A stretch of DNA of 63,997 bases, filler included, from Rhabdomonas costata (Eukaryota), in NCBI GenBank assembly GCA_019059605.1. It is 39 parts of 39 records of this genome, joined end to end, with 100 filler letters (N's around TTAATTAATTAA, not from the genome) between each part and the next. Parts side by side here need not be neighbours in the genome. Positions count along the whole stretch, not along the records: positions 1 to 1,545 come from JAHMHO010013355.1; positions 1,646 to 3,190 come from JAHMHO010013356.1; positions 3,291 to 4,835 come from JAHMHO010013357.1; positions 4,936 to 6,479 come from JAHMHO010013358.1; positions 6,580 to 8,124 come from JAHMHO010013359.1; positions 8,225 to 9,769 come from JAHMHO010013360.1; positions 9,870 to 11,414 come from JAHMHO010013361.1; positions 11,515 to 13,059 come from JAHMHO010013362.1; 31 more parts are not named here. One strand, 5' to 3'. Positions 1 through 12,205 of this stretch are shown in pieces; within the stretch, counting starts at the first letter, position 1; every line of letters begins with the position of its first letter. The position numbers and the translations under genes were made by a program. Under the pieces are notes generated by a model, which saw nothing but the letters and a program-made list of their open reading frames with translations, had not been told where the DNA came from and did not search any database.

Positions 1-715
1 GGTTTTTTTGTGATGCACTCTTCTCGAACTCTTGTGCCTGTGCCGCGGTGCCGTGAATTTTACTGCGTTTGCTTCACATCTGAAGCGTTGGTTTGGTTTG
101 AAGTTGTTTGGGTACTCTTTCCGAGATCGACGCTCAATGCTTTCAGGAAACCCCGGATTTTGTGCATGCCGCGTTCTGTTTCCCCGCGACCAGCTTTGCA
201 TTTCGCTCACCATTGGTGGGTGTGCAGGCGCCGGCGGCTTCCGCTGCCACGGAGAATTCGTCCGCAGCTCCACCCCCGCCACCCGTGGCAGCGCAGCTCC
301 CGGTGCCCATGCCCCCGAACTTGCTGGCGCAGCAGACGCCTGGTGCCTTTTTCCCGCAGGCACAGCAGGTGATGCTCTCGGAGGTGCCCCTGCCACCACC
401 CAGGTGAGCACGTTCTGAATCCAAGCAGGCAGGGAAAGGAGGAGAGCGATACAGAGTGTGAGACGTTGCAATTTTGGCACCGACAGAATGGGCATCCGCC
501 GAATCGTCACTCAAATCTTATAGACGGAACCATGGCGGTGGATGGGTTTGTACGAGCTGGCCATGTGGAGTCTGCTTTTAGATGGCGTTTCGGCAGATAC
601 TCAGTGAAGGGGGAAATCGAAAGTTCGGAAGTTAAAGACAAGAGCGGTTTTTAGCTGCGGGACTTCCTTACTTTAAAAAGTATTGAGTGCCATCTCTTCA
701 CCTCCCTGCACACAG

Positions 716-1386
716 CGAAGAGGAGCAGAGCAAAGCCGAGGGTGGTCCTGCCGCCCAGGAGGGCGGAGAGGACGAAGACGACGATGATCTCTTCAAGCGG
801 ATCCAACAGATGAAGGCCCGCCGGGTGAAGGCCGCGGAGGTCCGCTCTGCTATGCTGAAGGTATGGCAATAGAATATTCATAGAACATACAAGAGAACTT
901 GCGAACGCGTTTGTGGGGGAAAAATCTTCCGAACCTCTGAGCTCAACGTCGGATGTGCCTACGCGAAACAACGATGTGTGTGCGCTATAATTGTTTCGTT
1001 TTCCAAAAGGCACTCAATGTCAACAAACCTGTCACCAGAAAGGTCACCTGGCACAGACCCGTCCACTCATCCCTCCGTCAAAACAGAGTAAGCCAGTACA
1101 TGTTGATTTACAGTCGCTGTTTCCATTGTCGGCGCAGGAGACAGACATAGACATAGCTCACGTTTGCAAGAACCCTGCGACAGACTCGGAGGAGTCTTTG
1201 CGGTTGACGAATGCCGTTTCCTTCGGGGGGCGTGTCTATTGTCCTCCTCTGTGTGTCAACAAAAAAACAAGGTCGAGACCCCGCTGCAGTTTGGGCGGGT
1301 GCTCAGCGAAGCAGAAAACCTCAACCTGCTGGAGGCTGCGGCCAACGCAGAGCGGGAGGCCAAGAAGTTTCAGCAGTGCCGAACTG
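716..1386 (+). CDS. Internal exons of an unidentified acidic/helical protein (partial)
   Basis: GC-rich segments bounded by cag|...|gt: ~716-860 (EEEQSKAEGG...DDDDLFKRIQQMKARRVKAAEVRSAMLK) and ~1290-1386 (FGRVLSEAENLNLLEAAANAEREAKKFQQ), joined in phase 0. An upstream Pro-rich exon ends CCCAG|gtgagc at ~403. Confidence 0.5.
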
Positions 1387-1545
1387 GTTGACCCCCCATC
1401 GCCACCTCTTCTAGGACGCCGGGAAGTGTTCCCCTTTTCTCGAAATAACCTCTCCAGGGAACACGTGCCTCGCAAACCTAACCCCTTGCGAGAGAAAGAA
1501 ACTAAATCAGGGGACACACCTATCGCAAACCTAACCCCCTGCGAG

Positions 1546-1645
1546 NNNNNNNNNNNNNNNNNNNNNNNNNNNNNNNNNNNNNNNNNNNNTTAATTAATTA
1601 ANNNNNNNNNNNNNNNNNNNNNNNNNNNNNNNNNNNNNNNNNNNN
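1546..1645. other. Artificial contig spacer (first of 38 identical spacers)
   Basis: 44 N + TTAATTAATTAA (stops in all six frames) + 44 N, recurring every ~1.64 kb. The contigs are all ~1535-1550 nt, consistent with size-sorted concatenation. Confidence 0.99.
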
Positions 1646-2477
1646 GGGTTCGTGGACGCAGACGCTGGACCAAGTGGACCCCAAGGAGGCCGCAGAGGTG
1701 CACGCCATAAACGCCCTGGCCCCGATGATTCTGAACTCTCAGCTCAAGGTCCCGCGTGGGTGAATAAGGATCTAATTTTTCCACTGCATGGGCTTCAGAG
1801 CCTCTCGCCTTTCTCAGGGGAGGGAAAGGGAGTGTCCTCGGAGCTTTTTTTTTTTGTAATTTACACAGCCCTTGCTGGTTGCCCTCACGCCTGGAGAGAC
1901 CGCCGAGACAAAGAAGCGATACATTATCAACGTCTCCGCTATGGAGGGGCAGTTCTACAGGTTTATCTGAGAGGGGCTTTCCGCCCCGGTTGCTGGCTTT
2001 TCTTTTTCTTCAAATCTGGATGAAAAGCTGTTCATATTTCGAACATGAATTTCTGGTCCTCAGCTCTTCTCCCCGCGGGTTTTTTTTGCCCGTGTCATCT
2101 CAAAAGTAAGAGGAAGGGCTAGACAGACGAACTACATGCCGAAAAGCTCTTCCATTTTTTCACCACCCCTTATTTGCGTCCACGTCTGAAAATGCTTGCG
2201 ATTTAGAGTGCACTTTGATTGGGACTTTTTTGAGGTAAAGCGGGCAAACCTATCACTCAGTGCTCGCCATTGAAGCTCATTGTGCAGATTTCGGATTTCC
2301 TCCTGTATGCAATGGTTTTTTTTCTTTTTTCTTTTTTTTTGGGGGGGGGGTGATGCAGGTTTAAAACAGACCGTCACCCGCACACCAACATGGCCAAGGC
2401 GGCGTTGAACATGATGACCCGCACCTCCGCGCAGGGCTACGCCAAGGATAGGATTTTCATGAACAGCGTGGACACAG
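1646..2477 (+). CDS. Short-chain dehydrogenase/reductase-like oxidoreductase, C-terminal exons (partial)
   Basis: Exons 1646-1748, 1869-1960 and 2359-2477 with phase-compatible GT-AG introns give [36 protein letters not shown]...[53 protein letters not shown]. This matches the [17 protein letters not shown] subfamily. Confidence 0.9.
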
Positions 2478-5400
2478 GTCCTGGGGCCTTTGATGGTTTG
2501 GGGTTAAACACATTACTGATGTTAAACGTCCTTGAACGTTCAAAGATTTCTTACTTCATTAAGGCATACATAACTTCATCTAGTGCTTCTGGGAGGCAGT
2601 GATATTATGTGCCTAACTTCCTAATATTAAAATACCGTCTGGAGTGTGGCCGTCACTTGGTCCCTTTCGGCGTGGATTGAGGGGTGCGTTCCGTTTTGCT
2701 GTAAATATGCCTTAAAATTCTCCACTACCAGGTGGGGCAAGAAGCGGCACGAAAACAACAACCAAGAGCCGCCAAGGGGAACTGAGCGGTCGATGGTGAA
2801 AATACCCATTCGGCTTCCCCCTCCTTACAACAAATCGGTGAAAAATTACCCCTGAACCACACCAGTATTTTGCACATTTTTGTGCCGCTGTTCTAAGTGC
2901 TGGACATTGGACGCATGGTGATGGTGATGCACTGACTACAAAAGGGCTTCGATCCCACATTTACTTCGCTCGTCATGACCATTGTCCACTACAACGTGCG
3001 TGCTATGGCTGCTGCACATAACCGAAATGCTTTGGATTTGGGAGACAGTGAGGGCTGAAAGAAGGAAGGCAGATATCGAAGACCCGAAATATGAATGAAA
3101 GATGGTTTGAGTTTGATTCGATTCCACGTACATGGGTGTCATCTGGATATACACACACCTTTTTTACCCCTCCTCCCCTCCACCACAACCNNNNNNNNNN
3201 NNNNNNNNNNNNNNNNNNNNNNNNNNNNNNNNNNTTAATTAATTAANNNNNNNNNNNNNNNNNNNNNNNNNNNNNNNNNNNNNNNNNNNNGTTGAATGTA
3301 TAGGAGCCGAAGTGCTATTCACACCGTTCGGGAGCTTAAGTGGACGGGAAATGGGCCTTTATATATGCCCTCGGCTTCACCAAGAACTTTCAAGGGACAA
3401 TTAGAGAACCAGTGAAAGACCAGCTAAATTTAAGGATCCAAACATGGATTATTCAGTTGCTGCAGGGGATTGAGTTTGCGAGATTTGCGGCACACATGAT
3501 CACAGAGATGGAGAGTAATGGACTATAATAAATGCACTACGAACCTAATGTTATTTCACTCATGTCTTGGACGGAGAAATGTGCTAGAACACAGCATTGA
3601 TTTGATTTCCATGGTACGGTGCATTTATGAGTACACAAAAAATGTACAGCAAAATGCTTCTGTAAAAACATCAAAAGCACTGCACTGCGTTGCAACGTGC
3701 GAGATGGTAAATATTAGTAGGAATTATCAACTAACAGTTTCACTTGTCTAACGCCTTCCCTGATTCATGTTTTTCTTGGCAGCAATTTCTAATCTCAAAA
3801 ACTTCAAGCATTTTGCACGGTAATTTCATAATGGTTCCATAATAAACCACGTGAGTAGCACTGGCCAGTTTGTCAGCACACTAGCGCAACATGAGCAAAT
3901 TAAGAGAGCCTTTGTGATCCAAAACGCGCCTCACAACATGATTTTGAGAGAAAAACACCAATTAATGGTCCCACTTTTTACGGTATAACACTCCGACAAT
4001 ACTGCGGGAACACTTGCGTGGCTCATACGTTTGGAGGTGGTGATGCAACTTGATCCTGCTCGCGTTGGACTGTATCAGGACCTTTGAAAATAGACCGTGG
4101 CTTCCCGTATTGATCCATGGAGTTGATATGGATCTGCTTTCCTCGAGTGTCGCCTTTGTGAAATACGTGGATGGGCGCCGTCAGCTTGCCATCACAAATA
4201 CTGGTTGAAAATCTGAAAACCGTTTGGGGCAAAGCTTCTGCAAATGAGGGTGGTGAGATGCATGTGTGGCTCACAAGCTGATCTGGCACTCGTGGTGTCG
4301 CATTATCGGAACTAATGGCTCAAATCTTCTGTGCTGTAGATGGTTTACGCTGGGAGAGTCTCGCAGCTGGTGCCTTTCCACGATCTCCCACCAAAAAAAT
4401 GATTCAGAAGAGGTATTCAATTGCAAACGCACCATGTCTTCTGTAACTCTGCAGCATTCCCGTACGCACTCTGCAAACTCTACAACCACTCTGTACCTCT
4501 GCATGTGGCCACTTGGTCTTTGCTCTGGCCTGCGGCTCATCCGTTGTTGTTTCAGACACCAGTGCAACAACGCAGGCAAAATTAACGAGAAACAACTCTG
4601 CAAAAAAGCTACCTGACGACGTTGGATGAAGAAACGCCTTCGCAAATCGTAATGGCTCACGACCGCGATGTGTTTCGGTGGTTGGTGTTGGTCAGCAGTC
4701 GGTTTTGCAAGTGATGGACCCTGGTTTATTTGTGTTTGAACAGCGGCCTTGAATCGTAGCCAAAAGACATCAAAAACAACTTGGTTTTGATGTCTTTTGG
4801 CTACGATTCAAGGCCGCTGTTCAAACACAACCAACNNNNNNNNNNNNNNNNNNNNNNNNNNNNNNNNNNNNNNNNNNNNTTAATTAATTAANNNNNNNNN
4901 NNNNNNNNNNNNNNNNNNNNNNNNNNNNNNNNNNNGGGGTGGGGTTTCGCTGGGCGGTTCTCGCCGTATATGCCTTTCCCCAATCTCCCACCCCAAAAGA
5001 AGGCTGTGGAAGGGGCAAGCGACCGCACACTCGTACTCACCAAAGTATAGCGGACAACGTATCGGCGGCGGCGGGGGCGATCCGCACTTAAGCATTATCT
5101 CACAAAGATAATGCTAGCGATGACAGCTGCAACTTACGAGCTTGGGCAAACGTAGTTACAAAGCGGGTGAGGGGGTGAGAGGACGCGCCTTTTGAGAGGG
5201 GGCGCTGCATGATCTCCGTCTTCAGCCCAGGCAGCGAGGCAGCTGTGCATGCTGGCGCACAAACGGAGGGGCCAAATCGTCATGAGAACAGCCGAGAGGA
5301 GATTAACAGACCGCAATTTTAGAGTCTTTCAAGATCCAGCTTCGTTTGTATTCCTGATCAATAGCTTGCTAGCATATTGGCGTCTTTCTTCGGACATAAG

Positions 5401-8400
5401 CATATTAATTATACCTAACGTCCAGTAGAAAAAAATTTAACGTCACCATTCGTTGAGAGTCATCTGCTTTTTTCTTTGACTTAGGGACAGTTGTGTCTGC
5501 TAGTTCGGGTTTCTCTAACATCTTTCTGGTTGCTTACTCTTGAGTGAGTTTGCTGGCATCAGCTTGCATCTTTAGTCATGAGCTTTCAACGCACAGCTGC
5601 CCGCGCTATCTTTTGTGCAAATTTTGCAATCACGGCGCATCCTCTGCTACTCATGCGTACCTAGCATGCTGACCTCAAGTGTCTCAGCTTCCATCTCGCG
5701 GGCGCTTTTTATACTGCAGACTTCCCTCCATTGGCTTCCGCTTAGTGCTATTTCGTTTCATTCGCACTTAAACCATTCCCGCTCCTTTATGGGACGCACG
5801 CACTAAAAACCGCCCTCAAACTACCAAACCTCCAATGGGCAAAAAGCAGACAGGTCAGAAGAGAGGAAATACTTCTGTGGGTGGAAGGGGCACACCAGGC
5901 AGGGACAGGTGCAAGTTTGCGAATGGCAGCAGCCCAGTGTGCTGCGGGGTCCAGGGAAGAGGCCCAGTGCGCACGGCGGCGCGACGCAGGACGTGCGGCA
6001 GCATTGCTGCTGCACGCTTGCGGCTTGCGAGGAATAAAGAAAGGCCGAGCGAAGGTTCGGGTGTACTCACGGAAAGAAAAAGTAACTGCTGCCGCAGGAA
6101 AGGAGAGCAGAGAGGAGAGCGAGAGTGGGTGGTAGTCGAAGCCATCGAAGGCTGAAAAGTCGTCCTCACACAGGCGGGCTTCTTTCGAGACCGGGTACCA
6201 ATCCGAATGAAGTGGGCTCGTATTCCACGCCAGCACAACCAATGGCAGTGTTTAAGAAATTGCTTGCTTGGCGGAATTCTCCCAACTCTCTCGGGGCGCG
6301 AGCTCTTAAAAATAACCGACATTCTCGCATACGCGAATCCTAGAGCTTCCGAGTTTACGACCGCCTGATAGACAACTCGTCCATGTTCAACAGCCTGTGA
6401 CTACGTGTTTCGACTCAACCATCGTGCACTACATCAGCGCCGGACATAACCATCTAGTAAAGGAGTTCTACCCAAAAACNNNNNNNNNNNNNNNNNNNNN
6501 NNNNNNNNNNNNNNNNNNNNNNNTTAATTAATTAANNNNNNNNNNNNNNNNNNNNNNNNNNNNNNNNNNNNNNNNNNNNGTGGTGGTTTCCAACCCCATG
6601 GGGTCCGATACTAGGATTGTAGATACTAGATAGGATACTTGCATCGGACCCCATGGGGTTGGAAACACCCTCAAGAGCGACCACAGCAAAGCTTGTCGCA
6701 AAACACGCCATCACATATCGGGGGTAGAGCTCGAGCCACTCGCAAGCGGCAAAAATACTGAAACATGTAAGAAGCTGAATCAGAAAAGTCATAACTCCTG
6801 TTTGACTACCTTGAGACATAAAAGCTATAAGCGTTCTTCTCGTGTCCTCGGCTTGCATGAGATCGCAAACCACCCACGCAAACGATGAGCGGAGACAGCG
6901 CTGGAATCTGCGCAATACCATCAATAAGCCAAGGTAGCACGATCAGACGAGTAAGTATCCGGCTTAACGGTAGGAGTGAACAGTGATAAAGAAAAGAACA
7001 GACAATCGCAAATGTCGAGGTGCCCAAGCAGCCCAGGAGCAAGTCGCCACTCACAATGGGATCAAGCATGGTGACTGGAAAGAAGCGGTAGAGTAACACC
7101 AAGGGGCGCAGACTGAGCCCTTAGAGGTCCGCCAATGTCCAGTAAGCAAACCACAGAACCACTCTGAACACTTCAGCGAGCATTCTATAAGGAGGAAACA
7201 ACCTGCAGAAAAGAGCAAAAGCATTGAAATTTGAGAGCAGAGTGACATTGCGGATATGACACGAAAAAAGGGCGAAGGCGACCTCGAGCTGCCTCGCAAC
7301 TGGGTTAAAATGCAGTATTTTTCCGATAATGACAATCCCAATAAGCTTGTTCATGAACGGAGTAAGTATCGGGACAAGGATGTCTGATCTCCGTCTAATA
7401 AGGGTGGTCGTTGCTTTAGCATTTTCAAAGTTCAAAGTTCAGAGTTCAAAGTTCATCAGGGAACCAGAACACGAACGTGAAGAACTGTACTTAGTGTGAG
7501 CAGGCTTAACCCAACGGCCTGGAATCTTTTGTGCAGGCTTCCCGAAACTGCTGCGTGGCCGGTACTCGGAGTCAGGGTTCCATTCCATTTTTAAACATAC
7601 GATCTGCTAAGAAAAGGTCAAACAAGTTTGCTATACAGCAGCGCTCAGTCACAGTCAGCAGAATTTCACCAGCACAACCAGAAACCTCACAAAAAGAACT
7701 AAAAAAGAAAACAGACAGAACACAGCAAGTGGGGGGCGAAGTCCTCAACAGCAAAAGCTGACTAAGCCTCGGGCTGAGCCCGGAGAGGCTGAGTGGGGTC
7801 CCTCATATCCAGGCCCACCTGGAGAACCGTGGGCAGCCCCTGGGCGAACCGAGCGTTCATCTCCTGCACAGCCAGTGTGCATGTCAAGAGGAGGTGTCGA
7901 CTTTTCGTTCAAATGTTTTCTTTATTAGCAACGCGTATTTTCAACTTCCTTCCAGGCTCGGAACCGTCGTTGAGTTCAAGGTTTGCGTTTCATCACGCCT
8001 CTGTCTGAGTGAACCAGAAACTGAGTGCGGAAGTCCCAACCACGGCCGTCACCGCCACAACCAGAGCGTAGGTGAATTTGTTTATGAACGGCCTGTCTCC
8101 ACAGCATTCTCTGGACACCAAAAANNNNNNNNNNNNNNNNNNNNNNNNNNNNNNNNNNNNNNNNNNNNTTAATTAATTAANNNNNNNNNNNNNNNNNNNN
8201 NNNNNNNNNNNNNNNNNNNNNNNNGTGTGTGGTGAAGAGTGAGAGAATTGGAAGGGACTAAACAGTCGCGGGCACCACTTCCCCTCTTCACTCCCTTCCA
8301 ATTCTCTCACTCTTCTCCACTGGGCCCCTGGGCAACCATTTCCAGTGTTGTAAAACCGGTAAACCGGCGATGACACACCGGAAACGAGGTGCGCGCGAGG

Positions 8401-9465
8401 AGAGGCCGATGTCTTCGCATGGAAATGCATACAACCACTGCAGCCAAAAGCAAGCTTCTGGGAAGGATGCCACAGCTGCCACACGGACGGAGTGGAAGAC
8501 TTGCACAGGAACGGGCACGGCAAGGGAAAGAAAAGCTCACAGAAACAAACACACACAGAGAGACAACGATGGAGTGCAACACACCGCAGCGCATACGCTG
8601 AGATGGAAAGAGAAAGAACCGGTGAGAGGAAAAAAACTTCGACGAAAACCAGTGGATGAAACCCGACTGCTGTCCTCTGTCGCTACCCTTTAGAAAGAGA
8701 AGCGGGTATTTACACCCATTTACGACAAAACAATACACCAAAAACGACAACTCGAGAGAAGCAAAGCGTCCGCTATGCCCAGCGCTGCAAGAGGATGGGG
8801 TAGGAGAGGGGGGGCGATGAGGAAGGTTGAAGGAAGGCAACAGGTAGGTGTCTTTGTGGAGGTGGAACAAGGCGAAGGGTGAGAGAACTGAGATGTTTGA
8901 GAAGAATCTGTAGGAAGAATGGTGTCTGTTGGGGTTACACTTCGGTGGTCACCAACCACAGGAAAAACACCTGAACAACACAAACCAGGGAAATAGCTGG
9001 GCGCAATGCAAACACGTCACAAGCCGTACACGGTTGCGTGGGGCCCTCAACGATCAATCAGAATGCGACCTGCATTTCATGGGATTCCAAACGAAAAATT
9101 GCGCAGAGAGTTACCAGGAGATTTGCATAACCGGAAGGAATATTACACGTTATTACACGTTTAAAGCCGCACCCCCCTCCCCCGAAATACACAATAGCGC
9201 TCAAAGGTCAACTATTCTGCTCTGGAATCTGTGGCTTCCCGCCCCACTGCTTAACCCAACCCCAATCTCCAACCCTGCCTTGTCTGCATTTACGCCCAAG
9301 TAAACTCCTTTAAAAAAGTTCCATCACCTTCCAAAGGACTCATTCGAGGTCATGGAACGTAGAGTCATTCTGGGCCTTGTTTTGGAAACAAAAAGTACCG
9401 GGAGAAAATTTTTTCCAAAGCCAGCAGGACGACACCTCTCACACCCCACCCCACCAAAAGCACAC

Positions 9466-9627
9466 CTTGCAGCATTGCCACACCACAATGTCGAACAGCA
9501 TGGCCGTGGCCCAGGCGCCCATCCAGTGCCCCAGCTGGTTTGTGGTGAACTCGTCCGCCAGGATCACCACAAACACAGAGCACAGCACCAGCCACGCGAG
9601 GTGCGCCAAGTAGCCCACCACCACCGC
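9466..9627 (-). CDS. Exon encoding two transmembrane helices, polycystin/REJ (PKD1-like) membrane region
   Basis: cag|AVVVGYLAHLAWLVLCSVFVVILADEFTTNQLGHWMGAWATAMLFDIVVWQCCK|gtgtgc. The TM-F-x5-W-TM-K pattern resembles PKD1-family TM segments; family assignment is inference. Confidence 0.45.
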
Positions 9628-10121
9628 CTGTTCGCAGAAGAAAAAACAAGCCAAAGAAAATATCTCTGAATTGCTCCACCCCAAAGCCTCCCACAACAAA
9701 TACAATGGAAGATTGACAAATCAAACCGCAGGCACGCAGAGATTAGAAGGGAGGGACAGCCCGAAAGGCNNNNNNNNNNNNNNNNNNNNNNNNNNNNNNN
9801 NNNNNNNNNNNNNTTAATTAATTAANNNNNNNNNNNNNNNNNNNNNNNNNNNNNNNNNNNNNNNNNNNNGTTTGTGTGTTCTGGCGAGAATGGAGATGAC
9901 CCTTCTTGCCGGTTAGATGCAGATTGATGGCATTTGCTACGAGGTCCCGGTCTCAGTATGTGGACCACAATACAATTACTGTAACACACTGAGACTCTCT
10001 TAGGGCAATTCCCGCCCGTCTATTTCTTGGTTGGTTGACCCGCCTTGCCCAGTTGGGAGGGGGTGACAAACCTTTTGTCTTGCGCGTTCCAAGTTAACTT
10101 TCCCCTGTCGCTGTCATGCAG

Positions 10122-10657
10122 AGTTCCCGGCTTTGTGGGCAAAGTGAGGATCATAAACGAAGGACAGAACAACGCCATTGGTTTTGCAGGTGCCCTGTGC
10201 AGTTTTTGCTTCTTTCCTCATCTCTCTATTTTCGTTTTGTTGGAATGTTGCATTGCTGCCTTTTCTGTCTTGGAAACGTTTCTGCAGCTTTCCAAGATGT
10301 GTCCGCGGCGCTGAACGCCATTCGGCTGTTGAATGGCAAGACAATGGAAAACTCAAGCCGTGTGCTGAAAGTCACGTATGCTCTCGGCTGGGTTGGGGGA
10401 TGGGTGCGGTTGTGGGGGTGCTCCCATCATGAAAGCGGTGTGAAGGGAAGGGAGGTGAGACCCGCGGTTGCGTTGCTTTTGCCTGCTTTCCTCCAAGAGA
10501 CATGAATTCCAAAGCCACAGGGGTCATGACCGAGACCAGCAATACAAAACGTTGATCAAGGCGGTGGGCAAAGCACCAACGGAGAACGTTTTGGAGAACG
10601 TTTTGGAGAACGTTTTGTTGTGTGTCGCACAGGTTTGCCCGAAAGGAGATGAGATAA
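10122..10657 (+). CDS. RRM-domain RNA-binding protein, last three exons
   Basis: Exons 10122-10189, 10288-10375 and 10633-10657 splice in phase to VPGFVGKVRIINEGQNNAIGFAAFQDVSAALNAIRLLNGKTMENSSRVLKVTFARKEMR*. It has an RNP1-like AIGFAAF, A..AI..LNG and a terminal beta strand LKVTFA. Confidence 0.88.
10581..10616 (+). repeat. Intronic 12-nt tandem repeat (GGAGAACGTTTT)x3
   Basis: Three perfect copies read directly. Confidence 0.9.
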
Positions 10658-12120
10658 CCTCACCTTCCGTCCGCTGCCCTGGGTAACCAACCTATGAAGA
10701 GTGTGCGAGGCCCATTGTTGTTGTGTGTGCGTCTGTCCTACCCATCTGCGGGGAAAGTACGGAAAAAAAAAGGCCGTGAGGTCGCTTCCCCCCCTGTTAA
10801 CCGGGCATCTCAAGCGCACCGCAGAATTGCACCCCACAGCAGTGCACAGCGCACCCCCCAGCATTCTATTGCGCGCCCCGGCGAGCCCTGCGCGCCCCCG
10901 CCCTCGGCGCGTGGCGTTGCAGCAGGCCATTCGAACTGAGCAGCCTATGCTTCTCTCTCCCCCTCTCGCTGTGCGATCCCTCCCGTGCTCCATGGGGTAT
11001 GGAAGGGTGGACACAACTGGAGTGAGCTCACGAATGAGCGCAGCTTTGGTTACATAAGAACCCACTGCTCAGTTCGTTTTTTGCCACTGCATCTGGTTGC
11101 AGTGGTGACGGGCCGCGGTCCCCCGGAGTCGAGGAAAGGAAAGAGGGTCTGAAATCTGAAGAGACGTCTGAAGAGAGCGGAAATGGCCGTTGAGAGAGTC
11201 GAAGAAACCAGATCCCCTCCCCACAGGCGACAGAGTAAGTCTTCGCTAAGGGAGAGTCTCCTCGGCCCAACCCTCAAATGCATTGCCCTGCCTGAGAACC
11301 GGGTAGGGAACCCACCGACACACACTCCACAGACATACAAGCATATCACAGCCAAACATGCACCTACGTCGGACAAACCTTCTCCATTTCCCACCTGCTC
11401 CACCCCCCCACACCNNNNNNNNNNNNNNNNNNNNNNNNNNNNNNNNNNNNNNNNNNNNTTAATTAATTAANNNNNNNNNNNNNNNNNNNNNNNNNNNNNN
11501 NNNNNNNNNNNNNNAAATTCCGTAAATCCACCCGTTTATTAAATGCCACTATACTTGTCAGCGTCCCTGATATACCCCAACAAAGTGGTGCCATCAAGAC
11601 CACCTACCTGCATCAAAAACCGCGTAAAATGTGCAAAATGTCACTCTGATAAATTCCACCATCATTTGCAAGTTCCTTCGCACTTACAAAACACACAAAT
11701 AGACAAACACACAAATAATGAGAAATATACGAATATGAAGAAATACCAAAAAACAAAGTAAAACGATGCAAGAAAACGTGTAAAAAAATGCCACTATATT
11801 TCAAGTGCTTCCAAGTGCACAAGATATCAACACATAGACACAGTGTATTAAAAATGCATCATGTGTAAAAATCCAGAAAATCAAAGAAACTAAAGTTGTT
11901 TAAAAAATAAAAATCATGAAAATTTGATTTGAGATGCAGGTAAGACGTCATAAATGCACCCAAGATGGACCTAATACGCATGGACCACTTCGTGACTCAT
12001 GCTCCGTGAATCTGTGTGGTGCAGGAGTGATGGAGATGATAGGGAGGCTGTGGCCCCAAAGATGTATTTGCTGGTCGCATGTTCCTTCGTCACATGCTCC
12101 CTATATGTAGAACCACGAAG

Positions 12121-12205
12121 ACCGAACTCCGAACTCCGAACTCCAAAACCAAAACCCCAAGACCAAAATCCAAAACCCAAAGACCGAACCCCAAACTCAT
12201 AACTC
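12121..12205 (+). repeat. Degenerate ~7-nt tandem repeat (CCGAACT/CCAAAAC-like)
   Basis: ccgaactccgaactccgaactccaaaaccaaaacccc... read directly. Confidence 0.75.

Noticed and set aside
1471-1545. 22-nt near-identical direct repeat (cgcaaacctaacccc.tgcgag) with 53-nt period
   Set aside because: Two copies at a contig end; too little to call an array or telomere.
1590-1601. Regularly spaced identical TTAATTAATTAA motif every ~1.64 kb
   Set aside because: An artificial stop-in-all-frames linker embedded in N runs, not a biological repeat or array. ORFs ending in X...LIN are artefacts.
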